Origin: Azolla caroliniana
Lineage: Eukaryota > Plantae > Polypodiophyta
NCBI GenBank assembly: GCA_043228905.1
Contig: JBHGNT010000003.1
Location: 18,910,001 to 18,974,000, forward strand
Length of the DNA stretch: 64,000 bases
Direction: 5' to 3'
Made by a program: the position numbers and the translations under genes. Shown here one piece after another: positions 12,979-25,633 of the stretch; position 1 is the first letter of the stretch; each line of letters opens with the position of its first letter. Below the pieces are notes generated by a model that had not been told where the DNA came from, did not search any database, and was given only the letters and a program-made list of their open reading frames with translations.

Positions 12979-15900
12979 CTTTCCCCTTTTTAAAACGACG
13001 AGTGGCACGAGTCGTTTTGGATTGAGAACCCGGTTTTTCTGCATTTTGACAATGGAAGTCTTCAAGAAGAGCACAAGCATTGGTCACATTCTCTATCGGT
13101 TCCCAAGTACGCTCGTTGGGACTATATCCTAGCCAATTGACTAAATAGTAGAGCTTGTTGCGGGCAATCTTGGAATCGAGGCTGGCAGCAACCTTGTACT
13201 CAGGTCCATCTTCAAGTTCGATCGGGGGTGCAGATTGTTTAATACAACCTGGGATGGTGCTATCCTGATAGGGTTTGAGGAGAGAACTATGAAACACCGA
13301 TGTATCCGAAGTTGCAGAGGTAGAGCGAGATGAAAAGCGACATCATTAATTTTTCTGATAATACGGAAAGAACCTAATTGCCGATAATCTAACTTCTCGC
13401 ATGGGCGAGTAGTCTTGATGTGTCGTCGTAGTAGCCATACCCGATTGCCAATGTTAAAACTGGATGCAAGCCGATGACGATCTGCGTAAACCTTGTGTGT
13501 TTGTTGAGCGTGCTTTAGATGAATAGATAAATCCACTTGTATCTTGCGTAACCGCTCCAAACGATCCTCTACGCAAGGATTAGTGGGTAACTCTGGAGTT
13601 TCAAATACACACCACCAGGGGTGACAACCCGTATAAGCATAAAATGGTGTAACCTTTGTCGATGAGTGGACAGAGTTATTATATGCAAATTCGGCGAAGT
13701 GGAGAATATCCGCCCAGTCATCTTGATGATAGCTTAGGAAACACCGAAGATACTGCTCCAACGTTTGATTTGTTCATTCTGCTTGGCTGTTTATTTGCAG
13801 GTGGTAGCCAGAGGAGAGGTTACAAGTGACCTTAAGCATTTTAAAGAGGTGCTTCCAGAACTTCAAGACGAACTAGGGTCCACGATCGTTGATTATACCA
13901 TCGGGAAGGCCATGATGCCAACATACTTCACGCATGACAGTTTCGACGGTTTCCTCACTGGAGATTTCCTTAGTACATGGCAGGAAATGGGTCATCTTCG
14001 TATATCGATCTACTATTATTAAGATCGCATCGAATCCCTTAGAGACCGGAAGATCTTTGATGAAATATAGAGCAATGGATTGGCACGACTTGCTTGGAAT
14101 TGGTAATGGTTCTAATAAACCATATGGATGATGCCTTGACGTTTTTGCTCTGAAACATGTATCACAAGTCCGAACAAAATCTTCGACAAATTGTCGCATA
14201 TGGGGCCACCAGAATGATCATTGTACTAAATCTAATGTTTTGGTACTACCAAAATGCCCAGCTCTATATGTGTCATGATAGTTTTGGACTACTCGAAGGC
14301 GACAAGAACCATTAGGAACATACAACAGTTTCTTAACGAATAGTAATCCATCATGACATTCGAATTGTCGATAATTTGTACCTGGTTGTTGCGACTGTGA
14401 ACAAGATGCTCGAGAGGGATCAATTTGTGCTAGAATGGCTTGGGCAAAGCATTTGTCTTCAAGTCCTCACATATGGTATCGATAACGTGGGAATCTAATG
14501 GTATACCGAAGACCCGCGTTGCTTGCAGTCGTGTCGGTCCCAGGATTACTTGCTTTTGGTTATCGAAAGTTGGCTCGCCCGGACGCGGTGCTATATACGT
14601 GCGCCATGATAATGTGTTTGCCTTCCCTTGTTGCTTTCCCGGACGATATGTAATTTTGAAGTCGAAACAATTGAGGAATTGGGCCCACCGAGCTTGACGT
14701 CGATTTAACACACGAGCATTCTGAAAGTAGGCAAGGTTTTTGTGATCACTGAATACGATGACTTGATGAGAAGATCCCTCTAGATAATGCCTCCATTGCG
14801 TAAAAGAGTCCACTATTGCTAATAGCTCCTTATCATGAAGATTCCTTTCGAGGAAATGACATAGCCCAGAAATTCTACCAAGTTGCACTTGAAACTACAT
14901 TTTTCCAACTTTGCATAAAGACCATGTTCTTGAAGTCATTTTAGTACTAACAGTACATGGGAATAATGCTCTTCTTGGGTCTTCGAATAAACCAGTAGAT
15001 CATCCAAATAGATGATGAAACAAACATCCAAGAGATCTTGGAATATATCATTTGCCATGTGCTCGAAGACTGCTGGCGCATTAGTGAGGCCGAATGGCAT
15101 GACCGTATACTCGAAGTGCCCATATCTGGTGTGAAACATGATCTTCCATTCATCTCCTGGTCGGATCCGTGCGAGGTTATATGCTCCTCGTAAGTCGATG
15201 TTTGTGAAGAACCTTGCACCATTGATCCGTTCTAAAAGACTTGAGATAAGGGGAAGTGTGTACCTATTCTTGATGGTGACCTTTTTCAAGCCACGGTAAT
15301 CTACGACGAGTTGAAGTGATCCATCCTTTTTCTTGACGAAGAAAATGGGTGTGCCAGCTGGAGATTTTGAATGTTGAATGAAACCATTTGCCAAATTCTC
15401 CTCTATATAGGCTCGAAGGACTTCTAGCTCGGTTGGTGACAAATTGTAGATCGGTCCCCATGGTGGCTCTTTTCCCAGTTGTAAATCGATGGGGCAATCA
15501 TCCGATCGATGGTGAGGAAGCATATTAGCTCGTACTTTATCGAACACATCAGCATAATGAGGATACTTCTCTGGAAGTTGAACAGTGGACTCCTCTTTAT
15601 TGATACTGGAGGGGTTTACTGATATTGCGAAGAGAAACATTTCTTCCTTGTGTCCTTCCTCACGCAACTGATGTAGCGAAATGGTTGCAATATTATGAGT
15701 AGATCCTCGAGTTTGTTGACACCGTATATATGTTGTTCTCCAATCTATGGTTGGGTTATGTAATTAGAACCATGGTAATCCCAAAACAATGGGATGTTCT
15801 GGGATACTAATTATATTAAATGATACTACACACGCTAAGTTATCTAGGACAATATTAACAGGTTCTAACTCTTCTATAATATTCCTAGAAGCAATGGGAC

Positions 15901-17071
15901 GACCATCAATGACTACTATAGAGGCTGGACATGGGAGTTTCTTTAGGGATATCTGATGAGCTTGGGCAAAATTCCTATCCATGAAGCAAGAGTTGGCTCT
16001 GGAATCTAAGAGTGCTAAGACATGTACTGGAGGAGTACTTTTAGTACTAACCATTACTTGAGCTAAGAACACATTGCTGACTTGCGTAGAGGAAATGGAA
16101 CCACTAATGGGTTGCACAAATCTAGGGCTGTCCAACCAAACGGCTCCTATTCTGGCTAGACTTAATCGGATAACTCTTCTTCTAGTTGACTAAGGATTTC
16201 AAATTTGTTTGAAAGGCTTGGGCTATTAGAACTATCACACACACCTAGGGAAATAGACTCAGGTTTAGTACTATTAGTATTTGCGATTATTTGATTTACT
16301 TGCCTTTTTGGCCAATGGGGACAGTTCATTGCAATATGCCCTGGTCCACCACAATAAACACATAATCGATTTGCCCTGCGTCATTGCTTTTCTTCTTTCG
16401 ATTTCCATTGGAGTCGGAGTATTTGTTGGAGACGTATTGAATGACCTCCTTGGGAAAGGCTTTGCTATGATCGAAGCATAGGTGGGCTCCGATCTTGTCC
16501 TTGGCATTTGGAACTGACATTCTGAACGTTGTTTGAAGAGGTAGTTATCGCATCGCATCGCACCGCACGACTGATTGCTTCTGTCAATGACTTTGGCTCC
16601 TCGGGGAAAGTTAAGAGTAAATCTTTAACATCATTACGTAGGCCAAAATGAAATTGCTCCATTAATGCCTGGCCATCCTAGGTAATATCGGTGGCAAGAA
16701 GACGGAAATTTGCAGCATAAGCTGAGGCCGGCCGCTCACCTTGGTGCAATCTCCGGATTTCGTTGATTGCTGTTCTAACACTGTCGATATCTCAAAAATA
16801 GGCTTTAAGCTCAGTAATAAACTCTTTGAAATTATTTAACAAGGGGGAATTTTTTTCTAGCAGGGGGGCGAACCATGCCAAAGTCGTGCCACTAAGTAGA
16901 GTGCCTACTAGTCCCACTCGTGATGCATCGGTGGGATATCGAGAAGGATGCATTTGAATGACTAATCGTTCCTGATTAACGAATCCATCGAATTTGATGG
17001 GAAGGCCGATCTTGGGTTCTTTATGAATCCCTTGCATCGCTACTATGGTTGCTTCGAGTTGTTGTACACGT
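12971..17071 (-). pseudogene. Chromovirus gag-pol remnant with frameshifts and stops
   Basis: gag (LLSGTTLAWFAPLLE), protease (ALLDSRANSCF), RT (PIFFVKKKDGSL, YLDD), RNase H ([13 protein letters not shown]), integrase (LIIVDRYTKMTHF), chromodomain (YLVNWLGYSPNERTWEP). Confidence 0.92.
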
Positions 17072-17676
17072 TGTCGTGAAAAATCCATCACTAAATGCGG
17101 ATCATGAGGCGGAACCGCTGGGGTTCCGAACCAGAAGGATTTGAAGTTTGCACTAGTTTTAGCGAGAAAGGATTTAAGATATATTGAGAGAGAGAGATTG
17201 AGATTAAGATTCCAATTTTGAAACAGATTGAGAAAGATTAAAATGGAGAGAGAGATTAAGATTGAACTCTTGACTTTAGACTTTCGATTTGAAGAGTAGG
17301 ATATATCATCAATTGGATAACGAATTTTCTTACTTTTAATTTCTTGATTAATATATATCTCCCCTTTGATCTTTTTCAACCACTCTTTTATAGACACTGT
17401 CGTGAAAATACGACGAGGACATGTGAACTTGAGGCAGGACCCCGGGGCCTTAGACCAGAGGACATCACATTCGTGCTTTTATATTTTTAACAATTAACGA
17501 AAATAAGAAATTTAATCATTTTCATTAACAAAGGAAAAGAAATTACAATATGTCCCAAGATTGGGATTCAGAAGTTTTAGGTTTACTAAGATTAATAGAA
17601 AAGAAAAATTAGGGGTTTTGAGAGATATGGCTTCCGTAGGGAAAATTAGGGTTTTTGGCTTCCGTAAGGAAATTAG

Positions 17677-20600
17677 TGTTAAGAAAACGTGAAGAAGGCA
17701 CTCGGGCTCTTCTTATGTGCGCGGCGGATCGTGGTGTGCTAGATCGTTTAGTGCTCAAACACAGAAGGAGAAAGGAAAAGGGGACTTACCTCTGTAGTAG
17801 CAAAATGGTTTTCTTCTATTACATGTAGAGCTCAACTTGCTCTCGTCAGTCTTCTGGTCTCTCACTGTCTCTCAGAGTTCTCTACTCACTATTCTCTGTT
17901 TTTTCTTACTGCTTACTTCCTATTCACTCTCACTTACTTTTACCTAAGTCATAAGTTATTACACATGCAGCTAATTAGCTGTCAGTCGCTAAATAGCTGT
18001 CAGTAGCTAATTAGCTGTCAGTAGCTAATTAGCTGTTTCTCCTTTATGTTCACAAGTAGCTAAATAACTACTATAGCTTATTTCCCAATAAGCATCGCAT
18101 ACCATGTTGAGCTTGCTTCTCAACACTCCCCCTCAAGCTCAACTTATCCTTTCTTGGGGTTATCTACAACTTCTTTTTCATGATGCTTTTCAACCATCAT
18201 ATCAATGTCTACAACTCCCATCATGTTCCGAAACTGTGTATGCTTTTCCACACTCAATCCCTTTGTGAGAATATCAACAACCTGCTGATTTGTATTCACA
18301 TACACCAGATCAACTTCTCCTTCAATCACTTTTTCTCTAACAAAGTGATAATGCACTTCAATGTGCTTTGTTCTTGCATGGAACACAGGGTTCTTTGCAA
18401 GTTGAATGCTGCTGATGTTGTCACACCAGATTGTGACAGTACCGTCTATATACTCTCCCAAATCAGCAAGCAATCTTCTAATCCATACCTCTTCACAAGT
18501 GGCTATGGCAGCTCCTCTGTACTCAGCTTCAGTACTAGACAATGCAACAGTAGCCTGTTTCTTGCTACTCCATGAAATACCTGCACTTCCCAATGTAAAG
18601 ATATATCCACTTGTGGATCTCCTGTCTGTTTGGCTTCCAGCCCAATCAACATCTGTATATCCTTCCAGATTTATGTCCAAATCAGCCCTGTAAAACAATC
18701 CATAGTTCTGAGTAGCTTTTACATACCTCAGAATTCTTCTAATGCAGTCCAAATGTGGCTTTGTTGGCTGTTGCATAAACTGGCTGACTAATCCAACAAC
18801 ATAGCTCAAATCAGGTCTTGTTATAGTCAAATAAATAAGGCTGCCCACCATAGACCTGTACATGTTTACATCTTCTATCTTGGCTCCCAAATCAGCCCTC
18901 AACTTGCAGTTTTTATCAAGTGGTACAGCAATAGGTTTGCATCCAAGCATACCATACTTTTTCAACATAGTTGTTGCATACTGTTTTTGCAACATACATA
19001 TACCACTTTCAGATCTGATGATTTCAATACCAAGAAAATATCTCAGATCTCCCAAATCTTTCATATGAAACTGCATTTCCAGATTTTTTTTCAACTTTCT
19101 TATTTCATCCACGGAATCTCCTCCAATAATCAAATCATCTACATAAATCAGAATAATAACAATGCAATCATTTTCACTTTTTACATACAAAGAAGGATCA
19201 GCTTTTGACATTTTGAAACCAAGATTTTTCAGAGAATCTGAAAGTTCTCTGTGCCATGCTCTTGGTGCCTGTTTCAGTCCATAGAGAGCTTTTTTCAACT
19301 TACATACATAATCAGGTTGTTTCTTATCTTCAAAACCTGGTGGTTGACTCATATACACTTCTTCTTCCAAGTTACCATGTAAAAAAGCATTTTTTACATC
19401 CATGTGATGCAAAATCCATTTTTTGGCTGCTCCTACAGCAAGTAGTGTTCTCAAGGTTGCCATCTTTGCAACCGGTGCAAAAGTCTCATCATAATCAATC
19501 CCTTGCATCTGAGCATATCCTTTTGCAACCAATCTTGCTTCATGTCTACTTACATTCCCATTGGAGTCATGCTTTGTCTTGTAGACCCATTTGCAGCCTA
19601 CCACATTTTTCTCTTTTGGTAACTTCACTAAATCCCACGTTTTGTTCTCAGCCAATGCATCAATCTCTTCTTGCATTGCATCCATCCATTTCTTCTCAGA
19701 TTTTGCTTCTTCAAAGCTGTTTGGGTCAGGGATCTGTACCACCTTAGACATATATGCATAGTGCATAGCCATATATGTATCATACCCAAATCTTTCCACA
19801 GTCTTTTTCTCTCTATCTGATCTTCTCAGTTTCTGATTTGCATTCTTTATTGCCTTTTCCATACCAGGGATTTTCATTTCCTGTATTCCAAGGAAATCAT
19901 CGAAAGACATATCTGAATCTTCATCTTCCATGTTTTTTGATAGGTCATCCGGGATTTCATACTCTGGCATTTTCTGTTTTCCTTTTTTGTCATCAGATTT
20001 TTTCTGTCCAGTTTTTCCACTCCATGAATTTGAATCAGATTTACCATCTGAGCTTTTTGATGGTCCAGAACATTCTGTTGATGTTGGACTTTGATGTCCA
20101 ACCTTGTCTCCATCTCTGTGACAGTCTTCTACATTTTCTGATCTGTCTTTGTCTTCATTTTGACAGTCTTCATCAGTCTCTAGATTCTGTTTTGGGCTGT
20201 ACCAACTAGCCAACTCATCAAATATCACATCTCGACTTGTCACAATCTTTTTAGTCACAGGGTTATAACATTTGTACCCTTTTTGTTCTTCTGAATATCC
20301 AACAAAGATACATTTTTCTGCTTTTGGATCCAACTTACTTCTTACTTCTGCAGGCACATGTACATATGCAAGGCATCCAAACACTTTCAAGTGTTGTAAG
20401 CTAGGCTTCCTGCCATAAAAACACTCTTCAGGAGTTGCCTCATGTACTCCTGATGTAATACATCTATTTAAAATGTAATTTGCTGTATTTACAGCTTCTG
20501 CCCAATAGTATAATGGCATGTTCTTCTCAGTCATCATTGCCCTTGCTATGTTCACCAAAGTTCTGTTTTTCCTCTCAGCAACTCCATTTTGCTGTGGAGT

Positions 20601-23096
20601 ATATCGGCATGTGAACTGTCTTCTTATTCCCTGATTACACAAAAAATCAGAAAATTCATTGGAGAAATACTCTCCTCCTCCATCAGATCTCAAACATTTT
20701 ATCCTAGTACCAGCCTGCTTTTCTACCATGCATTTAAACTTACGAAAATAGTCAAATACTTCACTTTTCTCCTTCATGAAGTACACCCATGTCTTCCGTG
20801 AACAATCATCAATAAATGTAACATAAAATTTGCATCCACCAATAGATGCATTCTTTGTTGGTCCCCATACATCTGTATGTACCAAATCCAACAGATTTTT
20901 GCTTACATGTCTCTCATGAGGGAATGGCAACCTGTTTTGCTTACCATATTGACATGCTTCACATACTTTTCCCATTTCACACTTTTTCAAGTTTGGCAGT
21001 CCAGCCACTGCATCTTTTCTCAACATATTCTTTAATGTTTGCATACTTATATGGCCAATCCTTTTATGCCACATTTCCACATCTAAGATTACACTCGTTC
21101 CATTTGCAAACATGGCTGAAATCTGTTTGGGCATTTCTACATCCAAGATAAACATTCTTCCTTGTCTCTTCCCTTTTGCAATGAGCTTCCCATTCTTTTC
21201 TATATAGCATCCACTTGGCTTAAACTTTACTTGCATACCTTGCTCTACTATCTGTCCAACAGAAATCAGATTCTTAGCAAGATTTGGAACATGCATCACA
21301 TCCAACATATACTTGGTTTTTCCTCTTTCTTCCCACAATGGGATATCTCCAACATGTTTTATTTGGTGAGTTGTGTCATCACCTGTTTGTACATAACCAG
21401 GAACCTCTGGTTCTCTTAAACTCTCAAACCAATTTGCATGTCCAGTCATATGGTTAGATGCCCCCGAGTCTACATACCACGTAAACTCTTCATTACATTT
21501 CTGTGAGCTTTCAGCCACTGCTGCTATCTCATGTTGCACTACAAAAACACCTTCCTTTTCACAATCTTCACTAGTAGAGGCATAGTTACTCTGTTGTCCT
21601 TTTCCTCTTTTCTCATCATTTTGTTTCTTGTAACATTCAGCCTGTGTATGGCCTGGTTTACCACAATACCAGCAGCCATCATCATTTACATAAGTTTGCT
21701 TACCTCTACCTCGGTTGCTCCCCCTGCCTCTGTTGTTGTTTCCTCCTCTATGAGCTTGTTGTCCTCTTCCTTGAAAGCCATTATTATTGGTTCTTCCTGA
21801 GCCAAATCTTCCATGGCCTCTTCCTCGGCCTCTTCCGGCATTATTATAGAGGGCTTGCCCCTCGTTCTCTGAGTTTCCTTTATTTGCATCATCCATCTGA
21901 TTCCTTTCCTCTACCACAAGCATTGAGACCAGATCTGAAAAACTTGGGATACTATCCCTTGTGAGCATAGAAGTTTTAAAACTCTTGTATTGAGGTCCTA
22001 AGCCTCTTAAGCATATTTCCACTTTGTCATCATCTTCTATCTTCACATTGATAGAAGCAAGTGATTCACATATACTCTTGATTTTTAGGGCATACTCATT
22101 TATTGACATCTTACCTTTTTCTAAGGTATTTAGCTCAGTCTTCAACTGTAGCTTTCTAGCTTTTGTGTTTACTGCAAACAGTTTTACCAAACTGTCCCAA
22201 GCTTCTTTTGGGAGCATAGCATCCTGTATGTGCCCAAGCATCGAATCTGAGATGCTAAGTGAGAGCCAATGCATTACCTTCCTTGCCCCTTGATTCCAAT
22301 CTTTGAATGCTTTAATCTGTGCTGCTGTGGCATTTTCTTCTGGGATCTCCGGAGCCTCTTCTAGGTCTCCTTCAATGTAATCCCAGTATCCTTTCCCCAT
22401 TAGGAAATTTGTCATTCTAAATTTCCACGCCGGGAAATTGTTTTTATCTAGTTTCTTTGTAACTATTTGGCCCGCATTCTCTGCAGCCATTATCTCTTCC
22501 AAACTAGGTTTTCTGTTACAATTACTTCAACAAGTAACTTTTTGATTCAGATAAGCAAACAGAGAAATACCTTTCTCAGATCTATGCACTTTTGTACTCT
22601 TCTTTATGAGCAACTCTGCTCTGATACCATGTTAAGAAAACGTGAAGAAGGCACTCGGGCTCTTCTTATGTGCGCGGCGGATCGTGGGGTGCTAGATCGT
22701 TTAGTGCTCAAACACAGAAGGAGAAAGGAAAAGGGGACTTACCTCTGTAGTAGCAAAATGGTTTTCTTCTATTACATGTAGAGCTCAACTTGCTCTCGTC
22801 AGTCTTCTGGTCTCTCACTCTCTCTCAGAGTTCTCTACTCACTATTCTCTGTTTTTTCTTACTGCTTACTTCCTATTCACTCTCACTTACTTTTACCTAA
22901 GTCATAAGTTATTACACATGCAGCTAATTAGCTGCCAGTAGCTAATTAGCTGTCAGTCGCTAAATAGCTGTCAGTAGCTAATTAGCTGTCAGTAGCTAAT
23001 TAGCTGTTTCTCCTTTATGTTCACAAGTAGCTAAATAACTACTATAGCTTATTTCCCAATAAGCATCGCATACCATGTTGAGCTTGCTTCTCAACA
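17677..23096 (-). mobile_element. Intact Ty1/Copia LTR retrotransposon (Copia-1)
   Basis: LTRs 17677-18125 and 22630-23096, near identical; TSD ATTAG; PBS TGGTATCAGAGC (tRNA-iMet) at 22618-22629; PPT GAGGGGGAG; uninterrupted gag-pol. Confidence 0.97.
18144..22502 (-). CDS. Copia gag-pol polyprotein, 1452 aa
   Basis: Zn knuckle CWYCGKPGHTQAEC, protease VDSGASNHM, integrase (HTDVWGP, RSDGGGEY), RT (YVDD), RNase H (TEAEY, CDNISSI). Confidence 0.97.
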   Translation of the reverse strand: MEEIMAAENAGQIVTKKLDKNNFPAWKFRMTNFLMGKGYWDYIEGDLEEAPEIPEENATAAQIKAFKDWNQGARKVMHWLSLSISDSMLGHIQDAMLPKEAWDSLVKLFAVNTKARKLQLKTELNTLEKGKMSINEYALKIKSICESLASINVKIEDDDKVEICLRGLGPQYKSFKTSMLTRDSIPSFSDLVSMLVVEERNQMDDANKGNSENEGQALYNNAGRGRGRGHGRFGSGRTNNNGFQGRGQQAHRGGNNNRGRGSNRGRGKQTYVNDDGCWYCGKPGHTQAECYKKQNDEKRGKGQQSNYASTSEDCEKEGVFVVQHEIAAVAESSQKCNEEFTWYVDSGASNHMTGHANWFESLREPEVPGYVQTGDDTTHQIKHVGDIPLWEERGKTKYMLDVMHVPNLAKNLISVGQIVEQGMQVKFKPSGCYIEKNGKLIAKGKRQGRMFILDVEMPKQISAMFANGTSVILDVEMWHKRIGHISMQTLKNMLRKDAVAGLPNLKKCEMGKVCEACQYGKQNRLPFPHERHVSKNLLDLVHTDVWGPTKNASIGGCKFYVTFIDDCSRKTWVYFMKEKSEVFDYFRKFKCMVEKQAGTRIKCLRSDGGGEYFSNEFSDFLCNQGIRRQFTCRYTPQQNGVAERKNRTLVNIARAMMTEKNMPLYYWAEAVNTANYILNRCITSGVHEATPEECFYGRKPSLQHLKVFGCLAYVHVPAEVRSKLDPKAEKCIFVGYSEEQKGYKCYNPVTKKIVTSRDVIFDELASWYSPKQNLETDEDCQNEDKDRSENVEDCHRDGDKVGHQSPTSTECSGPSKSSDGKSDSNSWSGKTGQKKSDDKKGKQKMPEYEIPDDLSKNMEDEDSDMSFDDFLGIQEMKIPGMEKAIKNANQKLRRSDREKKTVERFGYDTYMAMHYAYMSKVVQIPDPNSFEEAKSEKKWMDAMQEEIDALAENKTWDLVKLPKEKNVVGCKWVYKTKHDSNGNVSRHEARLVAKGYAQMQGIDYDETFAPVAKMATLRTLLAVGAAKKWILHHMDVKNAFLHGNLEEEVYMSQPPGFEDKKQPDYVCKLKKALYGLKQAPRAWHRELSDSLKNLGFKMSKADPSLYVKSENDCIVIILIYVDDLIIGGDSVDEIRKLKKNLEMQFHMKDLGDLRYFLGIEIIRSESGICMLQKQYATTMLKKYGMLGCKPIAVPLDKNCKLRADLGAKIEDVNMYRSMVGSLIYLTITRPDLSYVVGLVSQFMQQPTKPHLDCIRRILRYVKATQNYGLFYRADLDINLEGYTDVDWAGSQTDRRSTSGYIFTLGSAGISWSSKKQATVALSSTEAEYRGAAIATCEEVWIRRLLADLGEYIDGTVTIWCDNISSIQLAKNPVFHARTKHIEVHYHFVREKVIEGEVDLVYVNTNQQVVDILTKGLSVEKHTQFRNMMGVVDIDMMVEKHHEKEVVDNPKKG

Positions 23097-23656
23097 ATTA
23101 GGGTTTATGAGAGATCGGCTTCCGTATGGAAAATTAGGGTTTATGGCTTCCGTAAGGAAATTTAGGGTTTTTGGCTTCCGTAAGGAAATTTAGAGTTTAT
23201 GGATTCTGTAAGGAAATTAGGGTTTATGAGAGTTATGATTTCGATAAGATGAAGGAGCTAAGAAGGAAAAGAAAATTAATGGAGAGAGAGTATGAGTATA
23301 GGAAAAAAATGGAATATATATGGAGTTCCCCGTTGATCATATGCATGTCCACTTTTTGTTGCATGGCCTCTACTTTTAGTTGCATGTGACCGTCCACATG
23401 ACCTTTTACTTTAGTTTTCTTCACTTCACTTTAATTAGCCACATGATCCTATCATCCGTTCGGTTTGCGTCCAGCCTCGTCCGGTCGCCAATTGTCGTCG
23501 CCTCGCCAGCTCCGCCATCAGTTCTGGTTTGCTTACCGGTCGGTTTTCGGTTTTGCTTACCGGCTGATTTCGGTTTTGCTTACCGGCTGGTTTCCAGTTT
23601 TGCTTACTGGCCGGTTTCCGGTTTTGCTTCAGTCTTTGCATTTCCATGACCAATTG

Positions 23657-25633
23657 TCATGGCTCTCTTTGCTCCCCTCTAGAGCATAATGCTTCACTCC
23701 TTATGCATGTGCCACCTTCATCTCGACCATCTCCTTGGTCATTTAACTTTCTTTTATCATCCTTTCTTGTTTCATGCATGCCTTTCAAAGGCCTTATCAA
23801 AGTACTATTGTTGAGTACTCTTAGTGGTCCATTCTTTAACAACATGCTCTCTTGTAGGTCCTTAAGTGACCACATTGTATGCTTCCCATTTTGTCCACTT
23901 TTGTGGTATACTCTTGTGTTGGAGTGGACCATGACTTCTACGCTAGTATTATCCTTGTTAGATTTTGTGATCACATATTTCGGATCCGCTTGGCCCGCTT
24001 GGCCCACGTCCTTGCTTTTTGAGGTTTGTTTGGTCTCGTTGTCGCACACATTAGCTTTTGTCCTTGCTTCCTCGCTGCCATCGTCCTTCTCTTGGGTCTT
24101 ACATTGGTTAATGCCCAAGTCTCTCAAACGAGTGTGGAGGAATTTGGTAGTTTGGCATTGCCTTTGTCGTGCTACCCTTAGCCGCATCCACCTTATGGTT
24201 GTCCTCATTGGTTTTGACCTTTGTTCCTTCGCCGCCGCCTTCCATCTCTTGGGTCTTACATCGGTTAATGCCCAAGTCTCAAGAACTTTTGTGGGGAAAG
24301 TCTCTTCATGATCATCGTCTACCCTCTTCGGCTTGACGTCTCCTTCTTCTTCGCATGTGTTAGTTTTGGCCTTCACTTCCTCGCCGCCACCTTCCGTCTC
24401 TTGGGTCTCACGTTTGCTTTCCGACGCATCTGCCCAAGTCTCTAGAACAAGTGTAGAGAAAGTCTCGACACGGCCATCGGTCATTGACTCGTCCATAGCC
24501 ATCTCTGACTCAATGTCATTTTTCGTGGCTATCTCTTTAGACTCATAGGCCTCGTACCCATTGATCCTCTTGATCAAGCAAGCCTCGATTATTCTTCTCT
24601 CTTCTTTGTATGTGTTAGTTTTGGCCTTCACTTCCTCGCCGCCATCTTCCGTCTCTTGGGTCTCACGTTGCCTTTTCAACACAACTACCCAAGTCTATGG
24701 AATAAGTGTGGAGAAAGTCTCGACACGGCCATCCGCCATTGACTCGTCCTCAGCCACCTTTGACTCGATGTCAATTTTCATGGCTATCTCCGCAATCAAA
24801 TTGGCCTCACACTTTTTATCTCCCTTGATCATGCAAGCTTTGCTCATGCTTGCACCTTCATCACTTGATGTTTCAGACACGATGCGTGTTCTGAGACATT
24901 TGTCCTTGCTTGAAGTTACATTCGCCACCCTCAATTCATTGGTTTCTTTCTTCGTCATTCTTTCTGTGCAAGATGAGAAGGTCTCTTGTTCCACACCTTC
25001 TTCCATGGTTATATCGTGGTACCGAACTTGGGCCTTTGTATCAACCGTAACATTAATCCGCATTTGTTGGGAGGCCTCTTCTTCCTCGCTCATCATTTGC
25101 TTCAGTTTTTGCTCCTTTTGAAGCTTCTCTTCAGCCTCAACTTGCGCCTTTAAGTTCTCGAATGCCTCTTCCATCAAGACTTCTATGTCGAGTATTGTTG
25201 AACCTTCCCTCTTCGAGTTTTCTTCTTTAGGTGGTAGTTTGTAGTTGCTTCCCGTCCTCCTTTCACCATCCGTCATGGGTTGTGTTGTTGCCGATCAGAA
25301 TCTTGTCTTCCTCTTATCGTGAAGTCGACATACTCTTTCCACTTTCGTCCAATCTTCTGTGAGGCCATTTGCACCATCATCATCCTCAAGTCGGATTCCA
25401 ATGGCATTCCTTTCCTTCCGGTCTATCGATTTCACAAACATTAGGATTTTTTCCACGCCCACCAATCTTTGATCCCGCTTCGAGAGTTGTGCAAAGCGAC
25501 ACTCAAACTCAACGAAAGCATGCATGGCACTTTGGTGGATCTTTAATGATGATACCCATTGGTCGAACTCGTATAGTTTGCATCTCTTCGGTTCTTTGTA
25601 ACTATATGCCTCCATGAGATATCCTCCTGCCAC
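23657..25633 (-). pseudogene. Gag-like plus low-complexity ORF remnants of element B
   Basis: Collinear broken ORFs (FECRFAQLSKRDQ..LMFVKSID..LTEDWTKVERVC, then repeated ETQETEDGGEEVKAKTN blocks) starting just downstream of the PBS. Confidence 0.55.

Noticed and set aside
16792-17397. 201-aa ORF as a single protein
   Set aside because: Chance read-through from solo LTR X into the interrupted gag at 17071/17072.
18180-22293. Numerous short ORFs overlapping Copia polyproteins
   Set aside because: Antisense or alternative-frame shadows.
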